Part shown: piece after piece, positions 19,637-29,822 of the stretch
Layout of the letters: the number at the start of each line of letters is the position of its first letter
Numbering within the stretch: position 1 is the first letter of the stretch
Assembly: GCA_025061115.1 (NCBI GenBank)
Contig: JANZKC010000002.1
Coordinates: forward strand, 467,092 to 531,091
Direction of reading: 5' to 3'
Source of the DNA: Candidatus Culexmicrobium cathedralense
Lineage (GTDB): Archaea > Thermoproteota > Methanomethylicia > Culexarchaeales > Culexmicrobiaceae
DNA length: 64,000 bases
Position numbers and translations under genes: made by a program
The notes under the pieces: generated by a model
Told to the model about the DNA's origin: nothing
Seen by the model: the letters and a program-made list of their open reading frames with translations, nothing else
The model's database searches: none

Positions 19637-20968
19637 CTACACAACTTCAGAAACGTAAATTACATCAAGCTCCACGCACTTAGCTGGGTGGCCGAGCACC
19701 TCTGAGACGCTTGGCCTCGTCCTCCCCTCATCCCCACTGATAAGCTCCTTCACGTAAAGTCCTCCCTGACACTTAATCGTTAACTCCAGCAATCTGGGGT
19801 TGATCAGCTTAGCCTTCAACTCATAAACTCGCTTAACCCTCACCTTATCAACTCTCCTGTGAAGCACTCTCAATGGAGTTCTCTGCCTAATCTCCCTATT
19901 CGAGAAGAATTCCTCCAACTTCCTCAACTCCTCCTCACCCACTTCACCTTCAACCTCAACAAGCGCCCTGTAAATCTTCACCGTCATTGGCGATAGAGCC
20001 TTCATTCTCTTAACTTCAAGCCTGCTAGAAAACCGCAGGTCGAAAACCTCTATTTTACCTTCAGCGCGCCTATTGATCTCTTCCTCCAGAGCCCTCAAGT
20101 CTACGAAACGCCTCTTAGGCTCTTTAACCTCGACGACGAAGGGCCTCCCGCTTCCAAGCATTCTTGCATCCACGTCCTCTCGGCCGGCACCATGAAAAAC
20201 CACCAATGACCCCCCAGTAAATTCGAGAACTGGACCTGCCACCAGCTCTTCAACCGAAGTTGGGTACTTCTTCCCAGTATAATTACAGTTCTCACACCCC
20301 CTACCCCCACAGCTACTGCAGATCCAAGTGCACTGAGGCATTCCGCGAACCAGCTTCCTATACTTGCCGTAAATGAAGAGGGGGCTTGGCTTAACTTCAA
20401 TACTGCCGCTATTCAAATCCACAATCACTACAATGTCTGGAGAAGTAAAGTCGACGTTCTTCCCAGTGATTTTTTGAACAAGCTTACCGAGCTCCCTATT
20501 AAACTCCGACTTGAAGGATTCACCTAAGTTCAAGTTAAACTCGGAGCGAAGCAAATCCTCCCTCTCAGCTATTTCGCCTGGAATTCTCGAACCTACGAGG
20601 AATGTTGAGAACTCATAGTTCGAAAGGAGCTGTACAACCTCATTCGCAATTTCATCCAATTTTTCAAAAACTCCGCCGCAAATGTAGCACGTCTTTGGGG
20701 GAGGAGGGGAGAAGCCCAACTTCTCGAGAATACGGGAAGCAAGCTCAAACCTGCCATTCTCAGCTAAAACCCTCAGCATGGCCACGCCTCTATCATTCAA
20801 TTCATCTCTAATCGTCTTATGAGCATTCATGGCTATGGCGAGCTTAATGGAAAAACCCCTAACCGCATTACTTAAACCCCTAACCAAAAGGGCGAACTGC
20901 CTACCGAGACAGTTGTCGCATAAGCAGTACTTCTCAAGTATTTGCACGCTGATGTCAATCACGCTCAA
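19637..20968 (-). CDS. pus10: tRNA pseudouridine(54/55) synthase Pus10
   Basis: LCDNCLGRQF, THUMP region, FHGAGREDVDARMLG, GLYVKELISGD. Confidence 0.95.
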   Translation of the reverse strand: MSVIDISVQILEKYCLCDNCLGRQFALLVRGLSNAVRGFSIKLAIAMNAHKTIRDELNDRGVAMLRVLAENGRFELASRILEKLGFSPPPPKTCYICGGVFEKLDEIANEVVQLLSNYEFSTFLVGSRIPGEIAEREDLLRSEFNLNLGESFKSEFNRELGKLVQKITGKNVDFTSPDIVVIVDLNSGSIEVKPSPLFIYGKYRKLVRGMPQCTWICSSCGGRGCENCNYTGKKYPTSVEELVAGPVLEFTGGSLVVFHGAGREDVDARMLGSGRPFVVEVKEPKRRFVDLRALEEEINRRAEGKIEVFDLRFSSRLEVKRMKALSPMTVKIYRALVEVEGEVGEEELRKLEEFFSNREIRQRTPLRVLHRRVDKVRVKRVYELKAKLINPRLLELTIKCQGGLYVKELISGDEGRTRPSVSEVLGHPAKCVELDVIYVSEVV

Positions 20969-20974
20969 CCACTT

Positions 20975-21553
20975 TCACCTCTTTCGCAAAATAGTGCGGT
21001 CAAAGTAGTTGTGAAGCAAAATAATTAAGCTTGGCGGCGCCTTATATGAGACACTTATCCTAACGGGAAGAGCATCAAACCTTGATAGCAGTTGCAAATC
21101 CTCATTGGGGAGGTCGGGATATCCAATTACCAATTTGAAGTCGCGGGGGCATGATAGGGACTTCAAATCAACACCTTTAGAGTCGGCGTAAAATACCCTC
21201 ACTCCACCCTTCAAAAAATCAGCAAGCCCCCCTATACCTGCAAAGACGCCTGGAAAGCACTCCCTAGCTTGAGGAGAGCTGCGCCCACTTGAAATTACAA
21301 TAACCTTTCTGACAATGCCATAAGTCGACTGCTCATCTGGGCGCAGATGCCTTAACCTTCGAGGCTCAAACCTCAGGAAAAGCCCATCGCTGAAGAGCAG
21401 AACCAGCCTCGTATCAAGCCTCAATCCATGTGAAATAAGCAGCGAAGCTGATATTGTTCGGGATATTAGTGGAAAGTACCTCCTTAGCCCATCCCCCGGC
21501 GAGAAGCCGAATTTAACTATGATCTCCCTTATGTCAGGACCCCCAAATACCAC
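20975..21553 (-). CDS. trmY: TrmY-like tRNA pseudouridine(54)-N1 methyltransferase, divergent
   Basis: SASLLISHGLRLD, LRPDEQS and PGVF motifs; adjacent to pus10; SAM-knot region atypical. Confidence 0.65.
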   Translation of the reverse strand: MVFGGPDIREIIVKFGFSPGDGLRRYFPLISRTISASLLISHGLRLDTRLVLLFSDGLFLRFEPRRLRHLRPDEQSTYGIVRKVIVISSGRSSPQARECFPGVFAGIGGLADFLKGGVRVFYADSKGVDLKSLSCPRDFKLVIGYPDLPNEDLQLLSRFDALPVRISVSYKAPPSLIILLHNYFDRTILRKR

Positions 21554-22871
21554 CCTTGAAATGCTTAAAATACTTGGCTTTCCTCTTAAAACGCTTAAGC
21601 ATCTTCCTCATAGCCCTATACTGATTTAAAAGATCCCTAACATCCCTAACAGTCGTCCCGGAACCTATAGCTATCCTCCTCATTCTGGATCTGTCAATAA
21701 CCTGCGGATTAGTAAGCTCCTCCTCAGTCATGGACTGCATTATTGCAATGAACTTCTTCAACTTGTCCTCCGTAACCTCTTCAAAGCCCTCTGGAAGGGA
21801 AAAGCTCAACCCAGGAATAAGCTTAAGCAACTTCCCAAGAGGCCCCATCTTTCTTAAGGACTGAAGCTGGTATAAGAGGTCCTTCAAAGTGAACTTGCCC
21901 GAGAGGAAACGCTCAGCAACCTCCCTACTTGGAGCCGCCTCTGCAGCCTTCACCTTCTCAACCAAGGCTTCCAGGTCACCCATACCCAAAAGGCGGCTGA
22001 CAAACTTCGGTGGAGAGAAAACCTCCACTTCACCTATCTTCTCGCCAACACCAACGAACTTGATGGGCGCGCCAGTTGCCGCAACAGCAGATAGAGCGCC
22101 TCCACCCCTAGCCGAGCCATCCAGCTTGGTTACGAATATCGAGCCAATCTTCGTAGCTTCATGAAAAGCCTTCGCTTGAATCATGGCTTGCTGCCCTATG
22201 GTCCCATCAATCACGAGCATTATCTCATCAGGCTTAATTGCAGCTGCAATGCGCCGCATCTCATCAATTAAGCCCTTCTCCTCCTTATGCCTGCCAGCAG
22301 TGTCGACGATAATTACGTCATACTTCTCAGCCTTGAACTTGCCTACACCCCTCAAGGCTAACTCAATGGCGCTGCCCGCCTCCCCCCCATAAACTGGAAC
22401 TCCAATCATCTCACCTAGCTGCTTAAGCTGAGCATAAGCTCCAGGCCTAAAGTTGTCGGCGCAAACAAGCGCTACCTTCAGCCCCCTCTTCTTATAGAAA
22501 AGCGCAAGCTTAGCTGCAGACGTCGTCTTACCTGAACCTTGAATTCCAACCATCATTATGACGTATGGCTTCTTGGAAGTTGGAAGAACTCTGGGGGTTT
22601 CATCGCCCCCCAATAAGTTAACGAGCTCCTCATAAACCACCTTCAAGAGGAGCTCCCTACGAGTAATTCCCGGAGGAAGCTTCTCCTTAAAAACTCGATC
22701 CTCAATTCTCCTCGACAAGTCAAATACCAGCTTCACATTAACATCAGCTTGAAGCAGAGCTCGCTGAATATCCCTAATGAGCTCCCTAACAACCTTCTCG
22801 TCAACCAGAGGAGCCCTAATAACCTTCCTAATTGCAGCTCCAATGGCGGAGCCCAAACTCTCAAGAACCAC
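21534..22871 (-). CDS. srp54: Signal recognition particle protein SRP54
   Basis: [27 protein letters not shown]-domain [11 protein letters not shown]. Confidence 0.97.
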   Translation of the reverse strand: MVLESLGSAIGAAIRKVIRAPLVDEKVVRELIRDIQRALLQADVNVKLVFDLSRRIEDRVFKEKLPPGITRRELLLKVVYEELVNLLGGDETPRVLPTSKKPYVIMMVGIQGSGKTTSAAKLALFYKKRGLKVALVCADNFRPGAYAQLKQLGEMIGVPVYGGEAGSAIELALRGVGKFKAEKYDVIIVDTAGRHKEEKGLIDEMRRIAAAIKPDEIMLVIDGTIGQQAMIQAKAFHEATKIGSIFVTKLDGSARGGGALSAVAATGAPIKFVGVGEKIGEVEVFSPPKFVSRLLGMGDLEALVEKVKAAEAAPSREVAERFLSGKFTLKDLLYQLQSLRKMGPLGKLLKLIPGLSFSLPEGFEEVTEDKLKKFIAIMQSMTEEELTNPQVIDRSRMRRIAIGSGTTVRDVRDLLNQYRAMRKMLKRFKRKAKYFKHFKGGIWGS

Positions 22872-24294
22872 AGCTCATCTCCTCCAACCTCTCCTTCAGC
22901 ATCCTTAATATCAACTGCGGCTCAACCCTACTACTCAAGGCCTCCTTAACCTTGCCCACCAGAAAGAATATTGCCTTCTCATTCCCCGACTTGTAGTCTT
23001 TAACAGCCTTAGGGTACTTCTCCAAGGCAAGCTCAATGGCTTCGCCAAGAGCTCTTAAATCAACCTTGCGCCTAAGATCATACCTTTCAACTATCACTTC
23101 AGGATCAAGCCTCTCATCAAACATCAAACCTATAACCTTCTTAGCCGCAGGGACAGTTATCTCCCCAGATTCAACCAATCGAATTAGCTTCACAAGCTGC
23201 TGTGGAGATATTGGAATTTCAGATGCAGGCAGATCGCGGTAATTAAGCTCCCTCTTCACCTCATACCTAACCCACTTTGCGGCAACGTCAACTGGAACGT
23301 GCTTAGCCACCTCCTCAAAGAAGTTGGCAAGCTCATACTCGCTGGTCAGCACGTAGGCGTCATCGAAACTCAAGCCATACTCCCTGATGAAGCGCATCAA
23401 TCTAACATATGGGGATTCCGGCAGAGAAGACTTAACCTCATCATAAAGGCGCTGCGTAACGACGAAGGGATATAGGTCGGGGTCGGGAATGTACCTGTAA
23501 TCCTCAACGGTCTCCTTAACCCTCATTGGAATCGTAATCATGCTATCCTCATCAAAATGCCTAGTTTCACGCTTCACAGACAATCCCTTAGCCATCAAGC
23601 TCCTCTGCCTAGAAATTTCGAATAAAAGCGCCTTGAAAACCCCCTTAACCGAATTTATGTTCTTAATCTCAACTCTAGCTCCACCCTTAATGGACACGTT
23701 GGTGTCGAAGCGCGTGCCCTCAACCCTTACGCAGTTGAGGTACTTCAATATTCGCAGAAGCGAATCCGCAAAAGCCCTAGCCTCCTCCGGGCTCCGCATG
23801 TCGGGGTGCGTAACTATCTCTATCAGCGGAACTCCGCAGCGATTATAATCAACCCTACCGGACTCCGGATCCCACCTACCAGCATCCTCCTCCACATGAA
23901 CCTCCCTAATTCGAACTTCACGAGTCTCAGAGCCCAACCTAAACTTCACACAGCCATTAACACCTATGGGCTGACTAATAATCTGATACCCCTTAGGCAG
24001 GTCGGGGTAGGGGTAATGCTTCCTAAGCCAATAAATGTGCTCACCAACCCTAACTTCGCAGTTCAACATCATGGAAACGGCAAGCGCAGCTCTAATGGCA
24101 TAGGCATTTGGAGGCATGGGCTTAGCTCCAGGCTGCCCAGTGCAAATTGGACATACATTAGTGTTTGGAGGAACATTCAAGTAGTCCGTAGGGCAACTGC
24201 AGAAAAGCTTCTCCCTACAATTCACTTGAACGTGAACCTCAAATCCAATCAGAGGCTCTAGCTCAGCGAAAGACATTACTGCACTACCTCGCAC
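22861..24294 (-). CDS. gatB: Asp/Glu-tRNA amidotransferase subunit B
   Basis: IGFEVHVQ, PNTNVCPIC, YPDLPKGYQI, HVEEDAG, DYNRCGVPLIEIVT. Confidence 0.95.
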   Translation of the reverse strand: MRGSAVMSFAELEPLIGFEVHVQVNCREKLFCSCPTDYLNVPPNTNVCPICTGQPGAKPMPPNAYAIRAALAVSMMLNCEVRVGEHIYWLRKHYPYPDLPKGYQIISQPIGVNGCVKFRLGSETREVRIREVHVEEDAGRWDPESGRVDYNRCGVPLIEIVTHPDMRSPEEARAFADSLLRILKYLNCVRVEGTRFDTNVSIKGGARVEIKNINSVKGVFKALLFEISRQRSLMAKGLSVKRETRHFDEDSMITIPMRVKETVEDYRYIPDPDLYPFVVTQRLYDEVKSSLPESPYVRLMRFIREYGLSFDDAYVLTSEYELANFFEEVAKHVPVDVAAKWVRYEVKRELNYRDLPASEIPISPQQLVKLIRLVESGEITVPAAKKVIGLMFDERLDPEVIVERYDLRRKVDLRALGEAIELALEKYPKAVKDYKSGNEKAIFFLVGKVKEALSSRVEPQLILRMLKERLEEMSCGS

Positions 24295-24341
24295 TTATAC
24301 TAGAATACCCCATACTTAAAGTTAAATGTGGAAGTGAAATT

Positions 24342-25028
24342 ATGAAGTTCGCAGCACTATACAGCGGCGGAAAGGACTCCACCTACGCCATCTACTACGC
24401 ATTAAGCCAAGCATGGGAAATCACGCACCTCATAACGCTAATTCCAGAAAGCGAGGAATCGGCAATGTGGCACTATCCAGCCATCAAGTGGACTGAACTT
24501 CAAGCAAAAGCCATGGGAATCAGCCAACTGAAAGTAAGGGTGAAATCAAGAAGCGAGCTTCAAGAGCTCCGCGAAGCGCTCAAAAAGCTAAAGGCAAAAG
24601 AGGGAATTGAAGGGCTGCTCTCAGGAGTAATAGCTTCGGACTACCAGAAAAGGAGGCTAGACTCAATATGCGAAAAAATAGGATTAAAGTTAATAGCCCC
24701 CCTATGGCAGAAAGACCCAATTGCAATTTTAAAAGAAGTAGTGAACTCCAACTTCAAAGTGATAGTCGTGGGAGTAGCAGCATACGGCTTCACAAGGGAT
24801 TGGCTTGGATCAACGATAAACAGCAAAAGAGTAGAGGAACTCAAGATTTTAAGTGAGAAGTATGGAATCCACCCATGCGGCGAAGGAGGAGAATTCGAAA
24901 CCTTCGTCTGCGACGCGCCGTTCTTTAAAGAGAAAATCGAAATAGCGGACTACGAAATCAAGTGGCACAGGTACTCTGGAGAGTACATCATCAAGAAAGC
25001 AACTGCAACGCCGAAGAAGCCGGCCTAA
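24342..25028 (+). CDS. dph6: Diphthine-ammonia ligase (Dph6, PP-loop ATPase)
   Basis: LYSGGKDS, SDYQK, PLWQ, GEGGEFETFV. Confidence 0.85.
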   Translation: MKFAALYSGGKDSTYAIYYALSQAWEITHLITLIPESEESAMWHYPAIKWTELQAKAMGISQLKVRVKSRSELQELREALKKLKAKEGIEGLLSGVIASDYQKRRLDSICEKIGLKLIAPLWQKDPIAILKEVVNSNFKVIVVGVAAYGFTRDWLGSTINSKRVEELKILSEKYGIHPCGEGGEFETFVCDAPFFKEKIEIADYEIKWHRYSGEYIIKKATATPKKPA

Positions 25029-26335
25029 CCAAAAAGCTCCTCAACCACAGACGAAACTTTCTCGTAAACCTCCCGCTCATCAATTCGAGTGAAGCGGCCG
25101 CCGTGTAAAATAAGCTCACCATCAACCACGACATCTTCAACATTAAATCCACTTGTAGAATACACTAGATGAGAAATAACGGTGCTAGGCGAATGTATGG
25201 GCATCAAGTTAGGCGACCTAGCATTTATCAGAACCAAATCCGCAGGAGCACCCTCAACCACTCTACCCCACGCTCCACTTAGGTTGAGGGCACTAGCACC
25301 TCCAATAGTAGCGAAATCCAAAGCTAGCTGAGCAGGAAGGGCAGTTGGATCCCACCTATGGTGCTTGTGAATCAAAGCGCAGATCTTCATCACTTCAAAC
25401 ATGTCCAAGCAGTTATTGCTTGCAGGGCCATCGGTGCCAAGGCCAACCGTAACTCCGAACCTAAGCAGTTCAGGTATGGGAGCCACCCCTCCAGCAGCCA
25501 ACTTCATGTTTGAAGTTGGGCAGTGAGCCACCTTCACTCCATGCTCACCCAAAAGCTTAACCTCATTCTTCGTGAGCCAAATGCAGTGGGCAGCCAAAAC
25601 CCTAGGCGATAAGAAGCCAATTTTAGATAGAAACTCGACCTCCCTCATACCATACTTATCCTCGAAGTCAACCTGCTCCCTCCTAGACTCAGCAACATGA
25701 ATGTGAACCAGAACTTCCTCCCGCTCAGCTATTTCACTGCACTTCAACAGCAATTCCGGAGAGCAGGTATATGGAGCATGGGTGCCAATTGCACCGACAA
25801 TTCGAGGCGAAAAATCCTTAATGGCTGAGAGGAAATCCTCAACCTCATGGACAGCCTTATCCCTAAGTGAAACATCAAAGTTGTCCAGCACGCCTATGGA
25901 GATCACCGCCTTCAATCCAACCTCGCTTGCCGCCCTAGCAATATCGATAGGGTGCCAGTACATATCCACAAAAAGCGTGGTGCCAGTTCTAGCCATCTCC
26001 ATGCAGGAGAGGAGAGCCCCCAAGTAGCAGTGCTCTCCAGTCAACCTACTCTCAACAGGCCAAATTTTCTCCCTAAGCCACTCCATCAAGGGCAAGTCAT
26101 CCGCATATCCGCGGAGAAGGGACATTGGAGAGTGAGTGTGCAGGTTTATGAGGCCTGGAATGCAGATCTTACCGCGCCCATCAATCACGAATTCAGCTTC
26201 AACCGGAATTCTGCTGGAAATCTCACTTACAATTCCATCCTCAACATATATCGACACGTTCTTTGCAATCAACCTATCCTCACTTTGCGTCACTAGCCAG
26301 CTGCAATTCTCAATTAAAATGCTCCCTCTAGCCAA
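25025..26335 (-). CDS. Amidohydrolase, MTA/SAH/5'-deoxyadenosine deaminase family
   Basis: PGLINLHTH, HAPYTCS, HIHVAE, AAHC, HCPTSNMKL, GTDGPASNN. Confidence 0.85.
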   Translation of the reverse strand: MARGSILIENCSWLVTQSEDRLIAKNVSIYVEDGIVSEISSRIPVEAEFVIDGRGKICIPGLINLHTHSPMSLLRGYADDLPLMEWLREKIWPVESRLTGEHCYLGALLSCMEMARTGTTLFVDMYWHPIDIARAASEVGLKAVISIGVLDNFDVSLRDKAVHEVEDFLSAIKDFSPRIVGAIGTHAPYTCSPELLLKCSEIAEREEVLVHIHVAESRREQVDFEDKYGMREVEFLSKIGFLSPRVLAAHCIWLTKNEVKLLGEHGVKVAHCPTSNMKLAAGGVAPIPELLRFGVTVGLGTDGPASNNCLDMFEVMKICALIHKHHRWDPTALPAQLALDFATIGGASALNLSGAWGRVVEGAPADLVLINARSPNLMPIHSPSTVISHLVYSTSGFNVEDVVVDGELILHGGRFTRIDEREVYEKVSSVVEELFG

Positions 26336-27722
26336 CCCACTTCACCAAGCTGCTCACAGCCTGCATTAAATTGAAAACCCTAATTTCATGCAGGTGGGGA
26401 GCTTGAACTTGAAGGCCGACTGGAACCCCGTCAACCACTCCAATCGGAACGGTGCCAGCGCATATTCCAGCTAAATTAGCTGGAATGGTGAAGACGTCCA
26501 AGGAGTACTCCTCCAGTGGGGAAAGCTCCTCCCCAAGCTTAGGTGGAAATGTAGGCATCGTCGGGCCGACGATCACATCGCACTTCTCGAAAGCCCTCAG
26601 AAACTCTCGCTTAACGATGGTCCTAACTTGAAGCGCTTTCTCGTAAAATCGACCCCTATACTCCCTCCTCGTAACGTAGCTGCCACGGACAATTCTCCTC
26701 AAAACTTCGTCCAAGCATACATCTTCAATCTTAAAGCCATACCGCCTGCCATCAAACCTCCTAGTAGCACTGTAAAACTCGGCGCTTACAATTATGTAGT
26801 AGGCTGAAAGGGCCTTCTCTATGCTAGGCAAGCTCACCTCAACAACTTCAACGTCGAAGGACCTCTCAAGCAAGTTCAAGACCTCAATGACCTTCGAATA
26901 TATCCTAGGATTGCAGAGCTCCTCATACTGCTTAGCCAAGCCAATGCGGAAGCCATCGATATCGCCATCAACATTGCTTGAAAAGCCGTTGAGAAGCACA
27001 TTCAGCGTGGTAACCTCACCTGGATTATATCCAGCTATAACCTCCAATAGGAGGGCGGCTCCATAAGGATCTGGAGCTAGGGGGCCTATTTGATCTAGAG
27101 ACATGGCCAAGTCGATCAGTCCCTGACGTGGAACCAACCCGTAAGTAGGCTTGAGGCCAACCACCCCGCACCAGCACGCCGGCGCCCTAATGCTTCCTCC
27201 AGTGTCGCTGCCCAAAGCCAAGTCGCAAAGCTCGGCGGCAACAGCAACGGCGGAGCCGCTGCTTGAGCCCCCAGGCACTCTACCTTCAGCTCGAGGATTC
27301 AGAGTAGGCCCATAAAAGCTTCTACAACCAGTAGTGCCGCAGGCGAACTCGTCCATGTTAGTTATTCCGATAATTACTCCCTGCTCCCTCTTAATCCGCC
27401 TTATAACCTCAGCATCATATGGAGCCACATAATTCGACAGCGTTTTAGATGCGCAGCTGATCGTGAATCCCTTAACGTTTATGTTCGCCTTTACAGCTAC
27501 GCACAATCCCGAAAGCTTCCCCACCTTACCGGCGCGAATCTGCCTATCTACGCTCCTAGCCTGCCTAATCGACTTCTCGTGGCGGACATCTATGAAGGCG
27601 TTCAGCTTAGGATTGAGCTCCCTCAAGCGCTCAAGGAAAAGCTCAACATTCTCAACTGCTGACAATTCGCCGCTTCTAATAGCCTCAAGTTTTCTCCAAG
27701 TTGTGCTTCCACGGTAAGCCAT
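26328..27722 (-). CDS. gatA: Asp/Glu-tRNA amidotransferase subunit A
   Basis: Amidase signature VAVK, PGGSSSGSA, GSDTGGSIR; RFDGRRYG. Confidence 0.93.
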   Translation of the reverse strand: MAYRGSTTWRKLEAIRSGELSAVENVELFLERLRELNPKLNAFIDVRHEKSIRQARSVDRQIRAGKVGKLSGLCVAVKANINVKGFTISCASKTLSNYVAPYDAEVIRRIKREQGVIIGITNMDEFACGTTGCRSFYGPTLNPRAEGRVPGGSSSGSAVAVAAELCDLALGSDTGGSIRAPACWCGVVGLKPTYGLVPRQGLIDLAMSLDQIGPLAPDPYGAALLLEVIAGYNPGEVTTLNVLLNGFSSNVDGDIDGFRIGLAKQYEELCNPRIYSKVIEVLNLLERSFDVEVVEVSLPSIEKALSAYYIIVSAEFYSATRRFDGRRYGFKIEDVCLDEVLRRIVRGSYVTRREYRGRFYEKALQVRTIVKREFLRAFEKCDVIVGPTMPTFPPKLGEELSPLEEYSLDVFTIPANLAGICAGTVPIGVVDGVPVGLQVQAPHLHEIRVFNLMQAVSSLVKWVG

Positions 27723-27726
27723 AAGC

Positions 27727-27993
27727 CTATCCAGCCCTAGACCACGAAGCGGATTCCGTCAATATATGCCCTTTACCATCAACTCGAGGAGCATTTGATA
27801 GGAAAAGTCGCCTAAACAGCCTCCTCCTACGCGGCGTGCCCTCCCTCCTAACCATGTTGGGGAAGGCAGAGTCGTAGTAGGTTTCCTCGCACCTTGGAAG
27901 GCCGCTTAAATCCCTGACAAAGTGCTGTAATAGTTCCTCAGCTTCATCCTCAATTTGCTTCAACTTATCGTCTCTCGCCATGGCCATCTTCAC
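27727..27993 (-). CDS. gatC: Asp/Glu-tRNA amidotransferase subunit C (archaeal type)
   Basis: Small protein directly upstream of gatA; EETYY...FLSNAPR pattern. Confidence 0.75.
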   Translation of the reverse strand: MKMAMARDDKLKQIEDEAEELLQHFVRDLSGLPRCEETYYDSAFPNMVRREGTPRRRRLFRRLFLSNAPRVDGKGHILTESASWSRAG

Positions 27994-28382
27994 TTGACCC
28001 GCATTATCTTCTTCCTACCCATGATCTCCCAGTACTCAACCTCCACGCCTGGAGTAAGCTTTGATCTCAAACTTTCATCCTCAGGCGGCGCCACCTCAAA
28101 GGTCTCGTAGGTGCCAAGGTCCATTATCTGAATTCCATGGGGAGTTACCGAAATGACCTGACCAGTTCTCTTGTCAATTATTGGAATCTCAACCTGCGCG
28201 CTGGCAGGGCCGACGAAGGTCCTCTTAACTCCATCGAAAATCCCAAGAGCAACAATTCTAACCTTAGCCGACCCATGCTTCCCAGGCTTGGACTTCTCAC
28301 TGCTCACAACTCGGCAGGGCTCACCATTCAAAATTATGAATGAGCCGGGCTTAATGCTTCCAGCTTCTGCAGGCCTCTTCAA
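27990..28382 (-). CDS. eif5a: Translation factor aIF5A
   Basis: SKPGKHGSAK hypusine motif. Confidence 0.97.
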   Translation of the reverse strand: MKRPAEAGSIKPGSFIILNGEPCRVVSSEKSKPGKHGSAKVRIVALGIFDGVKRTFVGPASAQVEIPIIDKRTGQVISVTPHGIQIMDLGTYETFEVAPPEDESLRSKLTPGVEVEYWEIMGRKKIMRVK

Positions 28383-28474
28383 TTTTCCACCTCAACATCA
28401 CTAAACTTAAAATAGTCTTAAAAGTATTTAGCTGTCAGTAGCTGTCAAGGCGGCGAAGCAGAAGAAGGGAGAAC

Positions 28475-29311
28475 ATGAAAATTAGGAGGGTTGGAATAGC
28501 GTCAAGGCTAGACCAGCTGGAGGCAATGTCCATAGCGGAAAGGGCAGCCAACCTGCTGCAAGATAGGGAAGTAGAGGTTATTTTGGAAAGGCAGCTGGCT
28601 GAAAAATTGGAGTGGGCTGGAAAGGCCTCAAGCCTCATCGACATCGATGCAGACGCACTAATAATCGTCGGAGGAGACGGAACAGTGCTAAGAACCTCAA
28701 GAATAATCAGCGAGAACATACCCATGCTAGTTGTGAACGCTGGAACAGTCGGATTCCTATCAGAGGTGAATCCCAACGAGCTTGAAAGTGCAATTGCAAG
28801 ATTGGCAAGCGGAAACTTCCAAATTGAAGAATGCACAAGAATTAAGGCGCAAATCGATGGAATTGAAGTTGGAGATGCACTAAACGAGGTTTCAATAGTC
28901 ACCAAAACACCAGTAAAAGTGCTGAACTTAACTGCACTAAAGAAAGGGGAAGTTATCTTCTCAGGTAGAATGGATGGACTCATAATAGCAACAAGGACAG
29001 GCTCAACTGCATACGCACTATCAGCTGGAGGGCCAATAATAGACCCCGAACTGGACGCATTCGTCCTAGTCCCCCTATGCCCACTAAAAATCTACCAAAA
29101 ACCCGTAGTCCTACCCTCCTCACCAAAACTTGAGGTCTTCATCGAGGAAAATGGGTCGGACGCCCTAGTAATTGCCGATGGACAGATCCACGCTGAAGCA
29201 CCCGCAGGGTCAAGGGTAACTCTGGAGAAAAGCTCCAAGAAGAGCTTGTTCATAAGACTGGGAAGAAGCTTTTACGAAAGGCTAAGGGAGAGATTGGTTA
29301 GAGATGTCTGA
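28475..29311 (+). CDS. nadK: NAD(+) kinase
   Basis: GGDGT, GTVGFL, ALNE, DGLIIATRTGSTAYALSAGG. Confidence 0.95.
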   Translation: MKIRRVGIASRLDQLEAMSIAERAANLLQDREVEVILERQLAEKLEWAGKASSLIDIDADALIIVGGDGTVLRTSRIISENIPMLVVNAGTVGFLSEVNPNELESAIARLASGNFQIEECTRIKAQIDGIEVGDALNEVSIVTKTPVKVLNLTALKKGEVIFSGRMDGLIIATRTGSTAYALSAGGPIIDPELDAFVLVPLCPLKIYQKPVVLPSSPKLEVFIEENGSDALVIADGQIHAEAPAGSRVTLEKSSKKSLFIRLGRSFYERLRERLVRDV

Positions 29312-29822
29312 AAGCCAAGGAAGCCCAATGGTTGTCATCCTAGACTCCTCAGCAATCATAAACGGCTATGACCCAGCATCCTCAATCAGCGAGCACCTAA
29401 TAAGCCAATCAGCTGCAAGTGAAATCAAGGACGCCAAATCCAAGCGCATCATGGAAACAGCCCTCATAGTTGGAAAGCTAAAGGTCGTCGAGCCAAGCAG
29501 GAAAGCCGTAGAAAAGGTTAAGGAAGTTGCATCAAAAACGGGGGACAAGGGATTCCTATCAAAGGCAGACATAGACACCATAGCATTAGCAGTTGAGGTT
29601 AAGGAGAGAGGCCTAAACCCCATAATAATGACAGACGACTTCACGATCCAAAACGTAGCAGCTCACATGGACATAAAGTGCCTGCCAATAGCAACTGGGG
29701 GCATAAGGGAAAAGCATAGGTGGATGAAGTACTGCCCAGCCTGCGGAGCAACCTACACGGGCCAAGAAGTTGAAAAATGCAGGATATGCGGAACCCCCCT
29801 TAAAAGGAAGTCTAGGGCTTAA
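29304..29822 (+). CDS. nob1: Nob1 rRNA-processing endonuclease (PIN + Zn ribbon)
   Basis: ILDSSA, LSKADI, TDDFTIQN, CPACG...CRICG. Confidence 0.9.
   Translation: MSESQGSPMVVILDSSAIINGYDPASSISEHLISQSAASEIKDAKSKRIMETALIVGKLKVVEPSRKAVEKVKEVASKTGDKGFLSKADIDTIALAVEVKERGLNPIIMTDDFTIQNVAAHMDIKCLPIATGGIREKHRWMKYCPACGATYTGQEVEKCRICGTPLKRKSRA

Noticed and set aside
22861-27993. gatB separated from gatC-gatA by a deaminase and an inverted dph6
   Set aside because: Dispersed gat genes are common in archaea and all three look intact.
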